64,000 nucleotides of DNA from Eledone cirrhosa (lineage: Eukaryota): positions 330,336,001-330,400,000 of the forward strand of contig OZ024740.1 in the NCBI GenBank assembly GCA_964016885.1, written 5' to 3'. This document shows, piece by piece, positions 26,501 through 39,995 of the stretch. Position numbers and translations under genes: made by a program. A model generated the notes under the pieces. It saw nothing but the letters and a program-made list of their open reading frames with translations, did not search any database and had not been told where the DNA came from. Position 1 is the stretch's first letter. Each line of letters starts with the position of its first letter.

Positions 26501-29135
26501 GGGGGGCTCTCAAAAGAGAGATTAGAGTAATGTCGATAGAGTTTAGCAAAGAAGTAGCGCTGGAGAAAAATAGAAAGGAGGGGGAGTTGGTAGATAAGTT
26601 AGACGAGGCTATTGGTAGTGGCATTGCAACTGACGTGCTAGCGGCGAGAATGGCATTAGACCATTCTTCAATGCGAAACGCGAAGGTTGCATTGTCAGCG
26701 CCAAGGCGCGTGCTCTGAGTAACAAGGCAACCAAAGCTGTTCGATGGGCCCGCGTGGCAGAGGCGCAGCATGGTAATAAAACTACGATTCGGTCCTTGAC
26801 GGACTGAGACGGACACGAGCTGAACGATTCCAAGCGGATGTGTGAGGCCTTTCGCCAACATTTTGCTCGGTTTGTTCGGGGGAAGTGGCGGGTCAGAGAT
26901 GGTGGCGGACTTCAGTCCCTACCTCGATGGCTGTCCGCAACTCTCGACGGCTGACGCTGGGCGCTGCGAAAGGCCAATTACTACAGCCGAGATGCAGGAT
27001 GCGCTTGTCGGCTGCATGAGGCGCAAGTCACCCGGTTTGGATGGTCTGCCCTACGAGCTTTACGTAAATATGCCAGACTTGTTCTCCAATCTCCTCGAAG
27101 CCCTCTACTGCAACGGGCAGCAAAACGGGAGTATTCCCAGTTCTGTGAGCCGGGGCGTAGTGACGCTGATAAGGAAAGACGAGAACAAGAGGGACACATT
27201 AAACAATTTCAGGCCCATAACTCTGCTCAACACAGAGTTTAAGATTTTGGCCGGGGTGTTAGCGACGAGGTGTTCCAACCAGGTCCATACACGACAACCT
27301 CCACCTAATGCGATATATCATAAAGAGGGTAGGGTGTGAACCTAGCTTCGGTGGGGCTCTGATTAATTTAGATCAATCGAAAGCATTCGATAGGGTCGAC
27401 CATCGATACCTGGAGGCTGTCCTCAAGGCGGCTGACCTCGGCCCTGTCTTCAGAAGCTGGATCGCTGCAATGCACGGCGGCACCTGCTCGATGTTCAAAA
27501 TTAATTGCCACCTCAAGGAACCGTTTCAGGTCTCCCGATCGGTCCGTCAAGGGTGCCCTCTCTACTCCCTTCTGTACGTATTGACTCTCGAGTCTTTACT
27601 GCGGAAGCTGGAGCTGTTGCAGGGCATCCCGCTCGAACCGGGAGGCGGAAAGGCTGTGTCGGCTTATGCGGACGACATCACCGTGATGGTGTCGGACACC
27701 TCAGAAATCGAGGTGGTCGGCAACTTATTGGAGAAATATGAAAGTTTGACGGGAGCAAAATTTAACCCGGAAAAGTCGGTGGGCTTGCAACTCGGCACCT
27801 GGAGAGCAAGTCCATGCCGTCCAACAGCGTCGTTATGCGCTGGACGGACGGACCGGTAAAGTTGCTAGGGGTTTGGTTCGGGCCAGACCTCCAGGTGTAT
27901 AAGAATTGGGACGAGGTCTCGGGCAGGGTAGCCAGTCTCATCCAGAAATGGGCTTTGATGAAGCTATCACTGAAAGGTCGGGCTGAGGTGGCGAACGCGT
28001 ACATCGCGTCCGTCATCTACTACCGTCTGACCGTCGTCCCTTGCCCCCGTTCGCGCCTCGCCGTCTTGGAGCGGCTCCGCTACAAATTATGTGGAGGGGT
28101 CAGGTTCCGCTGGTGAGGCGGTCCATCTGCTGCCAGCTCCCTCTATGTGGAGGGCTTGGCGTGCCGTGGCTAACGATGCCCAAGCACGCGCTTAGGCTGG
28201 GTCAAGAAGAGACCGAGACTCGGTGACTGGCATCTGGAATGTTGCCAGGCACTTACTGCCCTCTACTAGGCGGGCAATGCGGTCAGTGGAACTTCCACTC
28301 TCGAGTTCTATAGAGGACTAATGGTGGGAAGTGCGAGGACGCACTCGGAGAGGCTCTGGGAGTCAACGAAGTCGAACTAACCAGTCTGTACCAGAGGAAT
28401 TTCGAGTCCGGGACGATGGACAATTTCCAAAAGTCCCTCGCTTGGCAGTGCTACCAGGGGGCACTGCCGGTTCGAGATAAACTCTAGAGGCACGGAAGTG
28501 CAGTCAGACGGACCTGCCCGAGATGCGTGCAGAGCGACGAAACAGTTCTGCACGCACTCGTCCAGAGTCCGTGCTTTACTGACTTGTCGCGTGTAGAACG
28601 GATCCGGCTATCGGCCGAGTCCATAGTGAAGTCCATAGAGTAGCGAAATAGGTAATATGATGGACGAGTTTGAAAGGAATGAAGACAGACACTTTCCTCT
28701 GCGGCCAATCCCTCATCAACTTTTTCAAGTTTCATTTGGAAAGGAAGGTAAGGGTGGAGAGAGAAGTGCTGCCCCCCAGTACATTTGCTGAAAGGTGGGT
28801 GAATGTGGCGAGAATGGCCCGTGTGAGTGGGCCTACTCTGGTCATGCGGCTGTAGGTAGGTAAATTTGAGGAGGAGAGGGGGTGCTCTTCGAGGGTGCTC
28901 TCGAAGCGTCGGGTCGTTCAGGATTGGTGGGGTACATGAGCGAACCCTGGGTGGTCATCCCCCCTATTGGGTAATTTTTTTTTGTTGTAATTTTATTGTT
29001 ATTTTGTTATTGTGATTCATATTGTTTACTCGATTTTTCTGTAAAACCTCACTGTCCCAGTCTTTTGTATTGTCCCCTATATGTCGGCCCTTGTGGCCAA
29101 TAAATGAAATCATTATTATTATTATTATTATTATT
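23569..29135 (+). mobile_element. Tx1/L1-clade LINE, copy C (near full length, decayed)
   Basis: Directly follows the (TTA)n tail of copy B. ORF1 pieces with CFVCEEKTHLRAFC, ORF2 25663-28855 with RQGCPL and YADD, tail GGCCCTTGTGGCCAATAAATGAAATC+(ATT)n. Confidence 0.92.
25663..28855 (+). pseudogene. disrupted ORF2 (APE-RT), Tx1 copy C
   Basis: GYWKLN, KSPGLDGLPYE, NFRPITLLN, DQSKAFDRV, RQGCPL, SAYADD, KLLGVWF. Confidence 0.9.
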
Positions 29136-29149
29136 TTTATTTTCTTTCA

Positions 29150-30228
29150 TTATTGTTTCTGAGATATAAGCTGAGTGTCTTCCTGACATCTAGAGCACGG
29201 TTTGTAGCAGTAGCAATAGCAACAGCACCAACAACAAAACCAGTAGCAGCAGTAGCGGCGGAAACAATGATGCCACTGAAAAAGGGTCCATTTATTTTGC
29301 AAAGGTCGCTCGCAAGGTAGAAACAGTCCTAGTCACAGAGTAGTAGATGGCGGTCGCAAGACACATGGTAACCAGAAATGAATTTCGAGTGTCCTTGAAA
29401 GCACCAACAGACTTCCTGAAGGAACAAGTGCGACGCACAATGTCATAGCTATGGTTGCCACGAAATGACGCCGCCGTCGGGAGTGAGCCACATCCAGAAC
29501 GCCTTGGGGTTTGTGGGAGCATGGAAAATCCACATCACTCGAGGTAAGAAGTATGCTACCGTGGACGTCCTCTTTGCTACAACCCAGGAAGCAAAATCAC
29601 ACTCACTGAGGACCCTACGGAGTGATGTCATAACATTAGACCCGTTTTACTGCGGGAAAAAAATTGCAAAGGTCAGGGTAACACAGGGTAACACAGGTCC
29701 CGCCCTACGTACTGTGCATGGCTGGTCGTGTCTGTTCTTGCGGGCATAGAAGATAAAACAACCATTCTGCAGATACAGAAGTTGGGCAACGAGGACTGGT
29801 CCTGTATTAAAATGGAGATGCTCATCCAAACCTACGAGGACTGCATCAGCGCTATTCCCGACGTAATAGACCTCGAGCTTCTACAGATACTAGGAGGACG
29901 ACGTCTGTGGCACCCTCACCAAAGCCACGGACAACAAAAACAGCGGTTGTCACAACAAAAAAAAAACAAATGCAAAAACACCACAGATTCGCCCTCCAAA
30001 AGCGAAGGCAAAGAAAGAGGGGTATAGGCTGCAAGGAGACTTGAGGCAACGCCACCACCATCACCATCACCACCAAAACATGCACACTAGAATTAGCATC
30101 ACTAAAAACACCAACATCGTAAACACAACAAAGCACACACACATCAGCAACAATAAAACAGCAAGACCCTCCCTTCCCCCCAAAAAAGAATTTAAACTGC
30201 CATAAACATTGCAAATAAAGAACTGTCG
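29150..30228 (+). mobile_element. Tx1-clade ORF1 remnant, copy D (3'-truncated, internally deleted)
   Basis: YATVDVLFATTQEAKSHSL..FYCGKKI and IEDKTTILQIQKLG..W are homologous to ORF1 of copies A and E. Confidence 0.8.
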
Positions 30229-30267
30229 AATACAAAGTGTCCGCTCTAACATAAGAGCTAATTCACC
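30228..30267 (-). pseudogene. 5' half of a tRNA-Ala pseudogene
   Basis: CGCTCTAACATAAGAGCTAATTCACC matches the array copies, followed by the long array spacer. Confidence 0.6.
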
Positions 30268-30596
30268 TCACTCAAACTTCTTAATTATCGTCATCTATTT
30301 TCTGAATGGCCAATGCTGACCGAGAACGAATTCTATTTGTCTGGATTGTAAAATTTAAAATATAAATCTCAGTAGTAAGGGATTTGAATATTATATATCT
30401 TCTTATACAGATTCAATTCCTGTGCATTATACAATGTTGATAATTTTATTCTATTTGATAAACATGTTTGGGTAAGATCCTGTTCGATTTTAAGTACTAA
30501 TTGTGTGATTACTTCTAGCGACTATACCTGATAACAAGGTCACATGATCCTGCTAACTTAAAGAATAAAAGCTAAATTAAAATAAAACTTAATTCA

Positions 30597-30669
30597 TGGA
30601 GAATCTGGGTATCGAGCCCGGTACTTTTCGCATGCTAATTGAGCGCTCTACCATCCGAGCTAATTTCCC
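30597..30669 (-). pseudogene. tRNA-Ala(AGC) pseudogene
   Basis: Reverse complement aligns to GGGGAATTAGCTCA..TTAGCATG..ATTCTCCA with several stem mismatches. Confidence 0.8.
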
Positions 30670-30975
30670 TTACACAGGTGTATATATACATATTACATAG
30701 GCGTATATATAATAATTAACTTACTTACTAAAGTTTCACTCCAACTAATTGGTTTCTGAATGGGGAAATACATAGTTTTCAAAATCATGGAGAATTCCTT
30801 TCGGGGAGTCAATTCTCTGCTAAGATCTCTGGCGATAGGCGGACACAGGGATCTCAAACAAAAATAATTCAGTGAATGGAAAAGAAGCAAACGCGGACTA
30901 AATTTCAAGAGACTGAAAATTTCACTACCTTCCCGGTCAGTGGCAAATTCAAAAGAATCAATCACATGACATCGA

Positions 30976-31968
<993 letters not shown>

Positions 31969-31969
31969 T

Positions 31970-32120
31970 TGTTGTACTTGAGGAGGGTCATATTTGCGTA
32001 ATATTGCCAGAATTAATAACAGAACACACTCACTGTTTGGTTGGTTTTCGCTTCTCGATGTGTTTTATATCTGCGATCTAACTTACTCGGTCCTCAATGT
32101 TGCCATTGACTGACCGACGG
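31970..32120. mobile_element. unclassified dispersed repeat abutting (TA)n
   Basis: Near-identical copy at 49191-49340 and a short piece at 36828-36864. Confidence 0.75.
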
Positions 32121-32499
32121 TCAAAAATAATACAGATACAATATAGACACAAACACATATATATAGTTTACATAATTTACATAAATCTTTCGTTGCACAT
32201 CTGCAACATCGTCAGTGGTGTTATATTTTTTCCTCCTGTTGTGTTGTATGTCTACGCCATTTTTTTTATTCAGTCTGTCTATATATTTATTTATTTATTT
32301 GCTTGTTTGTTTATTTTATTTTATTTTGTCTTCTTTGCGCATGCGTTTGCGTGTGTGTATAGTGTTATGTGTGCTGTGTGACTAGTATGTATAGTTTTGT
32401 GTCTGCTGGGTGACTAGTGTGTGTTTATGTGCTTGTTGTTATTGTGCTTGTGTATGTATTTATTTATCTTATTTTATTTTATTTTATTTATTTACTTAT

Positions 32500-32973
32500 T
32501 TATACTTCTCTTAGGTCAGTGTTGTTTGTTTGGGTGTTGTTGTTGTTCCACTCATTCTTTCTGTTTAGCTTTGGTCTTCTAATTTCTATTTCACTGGCCT
32601 CTCTGATTTGCCTATCTGCTGGGTCATTCCTATGTTTAGATATTATTCTAAATTCTATGATGTCTATGTTACCGTCATGTTGTTGTCTAGCATGTACGTA
32701 TAGTACTGACCCGTTTTTTCGTCCTTTTAGTTCCCCCCAGTGTTGGTCTATCCTTTCACCTATTCTACGAGCTGTCTCACCTATGTATGTTGTTGTCATG
32801 TTTCTGCAAGTACCCTCTGTACATCTTATGCTATAGACTACGTTTCTAGTTTTACAGTTTATCCGGGAGTTCACCTTACATATGATACATTTCCTATTGG
32901 TACAGTGGGTTTTCTTAAAAGGGTAGGTTTTGCTGATCAGGGATTTTATGGTGGTTCCTGGCTTTTTTACCAC
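32500..32973 (-). pseudogene. Penelope-like element 3' fragment: Cys linker + GIY-YIG endonuclease
   Basis: CTNRKCIIC..NCKTRNVVYSIRC..C...YIGETAR.IGERI.QH....H....H...R.IREA.EI...P.LN, the Penelope GIY-YIG signature. 5'-truncated into (TA)n. Confidence 0.88.
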
Positions 32974-32974
32974 C

Positions 32975-33329
<355 letters not shown>

Positions 33330-33538
33330 AGAAAAAGAGATGAAATCGAAAATGCAACAGGAGTCTTATTTTATTTTTAAATATATATATATATTTATTT
33401 CGTTCCTTTACCGGTTTCGCAGTTCTTCTGCTTTTGAAAAGCAGAAGAACTGCGAAACCGGTAAAGGAACCAAATAAACATATATATATTTTTTAAAAAC
33501 TAAGACTCCTGTTACATTTTCGATTTCATCACTTTTTC
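33330..33538. repeat. ~210 bp fold-back palindrome
   Basis: Core GTTCCTTTACCGGTTTCGCAGTTCTTCTGCTTTT-G-AAAAGCAGAAGAACTGCGAAACCGGTAAAGGAAC is a perfect inverted repeat, and the arms extend about 100 bp with mismatches. Confidence 0.92.
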
Positions 33539-33605
33539 TTTATACTTTCACTCGTGTAGGACACCTCGGTCATTTTTCATTTTGTAAAAAAAACCTCACA
33601 TTCTA

Positions 33606-34825
<1,220 letters not shown>

Positions 34826-34839
34826 AAGATTTACATATA

Positions 34840-35950
34840 CAGCTTGGTCTAATTGATTTTTTATATGGTTAATTATGCTATTTGGGAGAAGAAATGGTAT
34901 ATATTTTATCTAAAAATTCTAAAGACATGATTTATGATATATTGCTCTGATTATTTAATTTATTAATTCTTCATTGAGCCACAACGTGACCGGTTGCCAC
35001 ATATATATCTATGACTTTATGTATATGTAAATCTTTATATTTAATAATATCCCATTAGGTTGAGATACAATTGGGTGATATTGGGCTGCGCTTTCTAGCA
35101 ACAGCCTACCCGCCGTAAGCAACTAATCACCCTCTTTCTAATTTGACCACTGCCACGTCACGATTCTTAGCCATTTTTGAATTTATTTTTGGCGCGATCA
35201 CTTCGGAAAATTAAATGTCTAATTTTGAGTTGACTCATGATGAATCCGATACACTGGATGTATCCTGTTATTGTATGTCTAAAAATACGGAAGAAACCAA
35301 GGTAGAGATATAATTACGGTATGTACACATTTCTTCTAAGTTTGAATTTACACCTAATTGTGTATGGTTGACGGTATATTTAGTCAGTTTCTACATGCTG
35401 TTAAAATCTTGGATACATACTCAATCGGGGCCACCGCGAAGAGGCCGCTTTTGGTTATTTATCGGAAATTTCTTCATAGGAGCCTTTATTCTTATAGCTT
35501 GGTCTAATTGAATTTTTATATAGTTAATTATGCTAATTTGAAGAAGAAATGGTATATATTTTATCTAATAATTCTAAAGACATGATTTATGATATATTGC
35601 TCTGATTATTTAATTTATTAATTCTTCATTGAGCCATAACGTGACCGGTTGCAAAATGTATATATCTATGACTTTATGTATATGTAAATCTTTATATTTA
35701 ATAATCTCCCGTTAGGTTGAGATACAATTGGGCGATATTGGACTGCGCTTTCTAGCAACAAGCCTACCCGCCGTAAGCAACTAATCACATTCTTTCTAAC
35801 TTGACCACTGCTACGTCACGATTCTTAGCCATTTTTGAATCTATTTTTGGCGCGATCACTTCGGAAAATTAAATGTCCAATTTTGAGTTCACTCCTGATG
35901 AGTCCGATACTCTGGATGTATCCTGTTATTGGATGTCTAAAAATACGGAT
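34840..35950. repeat. two ~455 bp direct repeats (34840-35292, 35496-35950) separated by ~200 bp
   Basis: Both begin AGCTTGGTCTAATTGA and end ATGTCTAAAAATACGGA. Flanked by (TA)n. Confidence 0.9.
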
Positions 35951-35988
35951 ATATATATATATGTATATATATAATATACATATATATG

Positions 35989-36083
<95 letters not shown>

Positions 36084-36116
36084 ATATATATATGTATATA
36101 TATATATATACATATG

Positions 36117-36174
<58 letters not shown>

Positions 36175-36189
36175 TGTAAAAGTATATAT

Positions 36190-36235
<46 letters not shown>

Positions 36236-36240
36236 ATGTA

Positions 36241-36279
<39 letters not shown>

Positions 36280-36300
36280 ATGTATATATGTATATGTGTG

Positions 36301-36332
<32 letters not shown>

Positions 36333-36422
36333 CATGCATATGTATATATATATATATATTTATATATACATATATATTTATATATATGTATATATATATA
36401 TATATATATTTATATATACATG

Positions 36423-36459
<37 letters not shown>

Positions 36460-36611
36460 ATATAAATGTATATATATATTTATATATACAAGTATATGAA
36501 TATAGATATATATGTATATATATATATATATTTATATATACATGTATATGTATATATATATGTATATGTATTTATTTATATATATATGTATATATATATA
36601 TATGTATATAA

Positions 36612-36642
<31 letters not shown>

Positions 36643-36660
36643 CATACATATATGTATATA

Positions 36661-36699
<39 letters not shown>

Positions 36700-36721
36700 A
36701 TGTATATATATATATATATAT

Positions 36722-36782
<61 letters not shown>

Positions 36783-36891
36783 TATGTATATATATATGTA
36801 TATATGTATATATGTATATATATATGTGGAGGGTCATATTTGTCTAATATTGCCAGAATTAATTCATCGCGCAAAACTAATTCATCGCCGC

Positions 36892-36965
<74 letters not shown>
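35950..36965. repeat. degenerate (TA)n/(TATG)n tract
   Basis: Direct reading. Short non-repeat insert at about 36826-36892. Confidence 0.95.
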
Positions 36966-36970
<5 letters not shown>

Positions 36971-38609
36971 ATCTTATACGCCGATCTTGGAAGAATTACA
37001 ATTTTGTGAGTTTTTCTATCAAATATGCCTCAATGATATCCATATAATAAGTTCACGTGATTCTGACAATGTATTGAAGAAAAATCCTATCGACTCAACC
37101 TGACACACTTATTCATAAGAAGGTCTCATCATGCTCCTGCATTGTTAAATAATAAAAACTAAACTAAAAGAAAACTTAACATTTGGAGAATACAGGTATC
37201 GACCCCGTTCCCGCTCGCATCCAAAGCGAACGCTGTACCATCTGAGCTAATTCCACTCAAAAATTATGTTTTTAGATTATGTATATGTAGTCAACTGTAT
37301 GCAGTGATCTTGAAGAATTATAATTTTGTGTGGTTTTATATCAAATATACCTCATTAAGTTCACGTGATGCTGCCACCTTGCATGTAAAGGGAGTGCTCT
37401 ATCAACTGAGCTAATTCCCCTCACACAATTATCTCTCTTTAGATTATATATATAATGCGAATTGTATATGGTGATCATGGAAGGATTGTAATTGTGTGAT
37501 ATTTTCTATGAAATATGCCTCATTAACCTCCACATCTTAAGTTCACATGATGCTGACATTGTATTGAAGAAAAATTATCGAGAAGAAGAAGAAGAAGAAA
37601 GAGAAGAAGATGACAAAACATCAAGAAATAATTCCAATGGAAAATTAACATTTAGAGAATCGGGGGTTCGATTCTGGTACCTCTCGCATACAAAGCGAGT
37701 GCTCTACCGTCTGAGCTAATTCGCCTCATGCAAACAATTTAATTATAGACATTTACTTCCTGAATAGCCAACGCTGTCCGAGAACGAATTCTATTTGTCT
37801 GTATTGTTAAAATTAAAATACAAATCTCTCTAGTAATGGATTTGCCTATGATCGTAATTTAAATATTATATATTTTCTGATACTGAATCAATTTCTATGT
37901 ACTATATATTTCTGATAGTTTTTTCTATTTTATGTACATACTTGGGTAACAATCTGTGGTGCGATTTTTATGCTGTTTGAATTTAAGGGACAATTGTGCA
38001 ATTACTTCTATCGAATAAACCTGACAGGCTTACTCATAAGAAGGTCCCATGGTGCTCATGTTGTCTAAAAGAATAAAAACTAAACTAAAACAAAACTTAA
38101 CACCTGGAGAATCCAGGTATCGGTCCCGGTACCTCCCGCATGCAAGGCGAACGCTGTACCATCTGATCTAATTCCCCTCAGAATTTCACTCTTTCTAGAT
38201 TATGTATATATAGTGAATGGTATACGGTGATCTTGAAGAATTATATTTTTGTGGGGTTTTCTATCAAATATGCCTCATTAACTTCCCCATATTAAGTTCA
38301 CGTGATGCTGCCACTATATTGAAGAAAATGAAAACGAGAAGAACCAAAGAATTATTCTGATGAAAACTTAACACCTGGAGAATCCGGACATCGATCCAGG
38401 TACCTCTTGCATGCAAAGCAAGCGCTCTACCAACTGAGCGACTTCCCTTCACACAAGTCTCGCTCTTTAGATTATATAGAGTAAATTGTATATGGTGATC
38501 GTGGAAGAATTGTAATTGTGTGAGGTTTTCTATCAAATATGTCTCACATAACTCCACATATTAAGTTCATGTGATGCTGACATTGTATTGAAGAAAAATA
38601 ATCGAAAAG

Positions 38610-38650
<41 letters not shown>

Positions 38651-39995
38651 GAAGAAGAAGATAAAAAACATCAAAAAATAATTTTAATGGAAACTTAATA
38701 CTTGGGGAATCCAGGTATCAATCCCGGTACCTCTCGCATGCAAAGTGTGCGCTATACCACCTGAGCTAATTACCATCTTGCTAACATCTTAATTATAGAC
38801 GTGTATTCCCTGAATGGCAAAGGGTGATCGGGGAACGAATTCTATTTGTCTGGTTTGTTAAAATAAATATACGATTATTCCTAGAAACGGATTTGATTAT
38901 GATCGTAAGATAATTTTATATATTTTCTCATACTGATTCAATTACTATGTTTCTGATAGCATTTTATATTTTATAAAACATACCTGGGTGAGATCCTCCG
39001 ACGCTATTCTCAAGCTGTTCGAATTTACGGCCAATTGTCAGATTAGTTCTATCGATTATATCTTACCGCCTTACATGATGCTATCACATGATGCTCCTGC
39101 TGTCTTCCAAAAAATGAAATAGATTGAAAGAAAACTTACCACATGAAGAAGAAATTATCCCAATAAAAACTTAACACTTGGAAAATACAGGAATTGATCC
39201 CGGTACTTCTCGCATGCTAAGCGAGCGCTCTACCAGCTGAGTTAGTTCCTGTCAACAATTATCTCCTTCTAGATTATATATATATATATATATATAAATG
39301 TTATACGGCGATCTTGGAAGAATTATAGTTGTGTGAGGTATTCTATCCAATATTCCTCACAGACCTCTATTAAGTTGACGTGACACTGTATTGAAGCAAA
39401 AGAAAACGAGAAGAAAATAAAAAAATCAAACAATTATTCAAACAAAAAAGTTTAACACCTGGAGAATCCGAGCATCAATCCCGGTACCTCTCGCATGCAA
39501 AGCGAACGCTCTACCATTTGAGCTAATTCCCCTCACGCAAAATCTCTCGTTCTAGATTATACATATATAGTGAATGTTATAAGGCGATCTTCGAATAATT
39601 ATAACACTGTGAGGTTACCTATCGAATATGCCTCCCATCCCTCCACATTATAAGCTCACGTGATGCTGCCACCGTCTTGGAGAAGAAGGAAACGAAGAAG
39701 ACGACGACGAAAAAGAATAAAAAGAAAAATAGAAATAGAACAAGAAGAAACATCGAAAAACTTTTTGAATGAAGACTTGATAGTTTGGAAATCCGGGCAT
39801 CGATCCCGGTACCTCTTGCATGCAAAGCGAGCGCTCACCATCTGAGGTAATTCCCCTCACGCAAATATATCACCTATAGGCTTATATATCCTGAATGGCG
39901 AACGGCGATCTAGAACGAATTCTATTTGTCTGGTTTGTTAAAATTAAAATTTAATTCTCCCTAATACTGGATTTGCCCATGAGATTAATTTGAAA
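36960..39995 (-). repeat. tandem array of tRNA-Ala genes/pseudogenes with conserved spacers
   Basis: Copies at 37184-37256, 37376-37420 (partial), 37653-37725, 38105-38177, 38376-38448, 38703-38775, 39179-39251 (AGC), 39460-39532 and 39786-39856. The full-length copies have a T4+ run about 10 nt downstream on the minus strand. Confidence 0.92.
39460..39532 (-). tRNA. tRNA-Ala(UGC), most intact array copy, possibly functional
   Basis: GGGGAATTAGCTCAAATGGTAGAGCGTTCGCTTTGCATGCGAGAGGTACCGGGATTGATGCTCGGATTCTCCA. All four stems pair and G3:U70 is present, but the T-loop has C56>T. Confidence 0.6.

Noticed and set aside
37184-37256. tRNA-Pro call from the TGG anticodon
   Set aside because: The body is tRNA-Ala with many mismatches, so this is a point mutation in a pseudogene.
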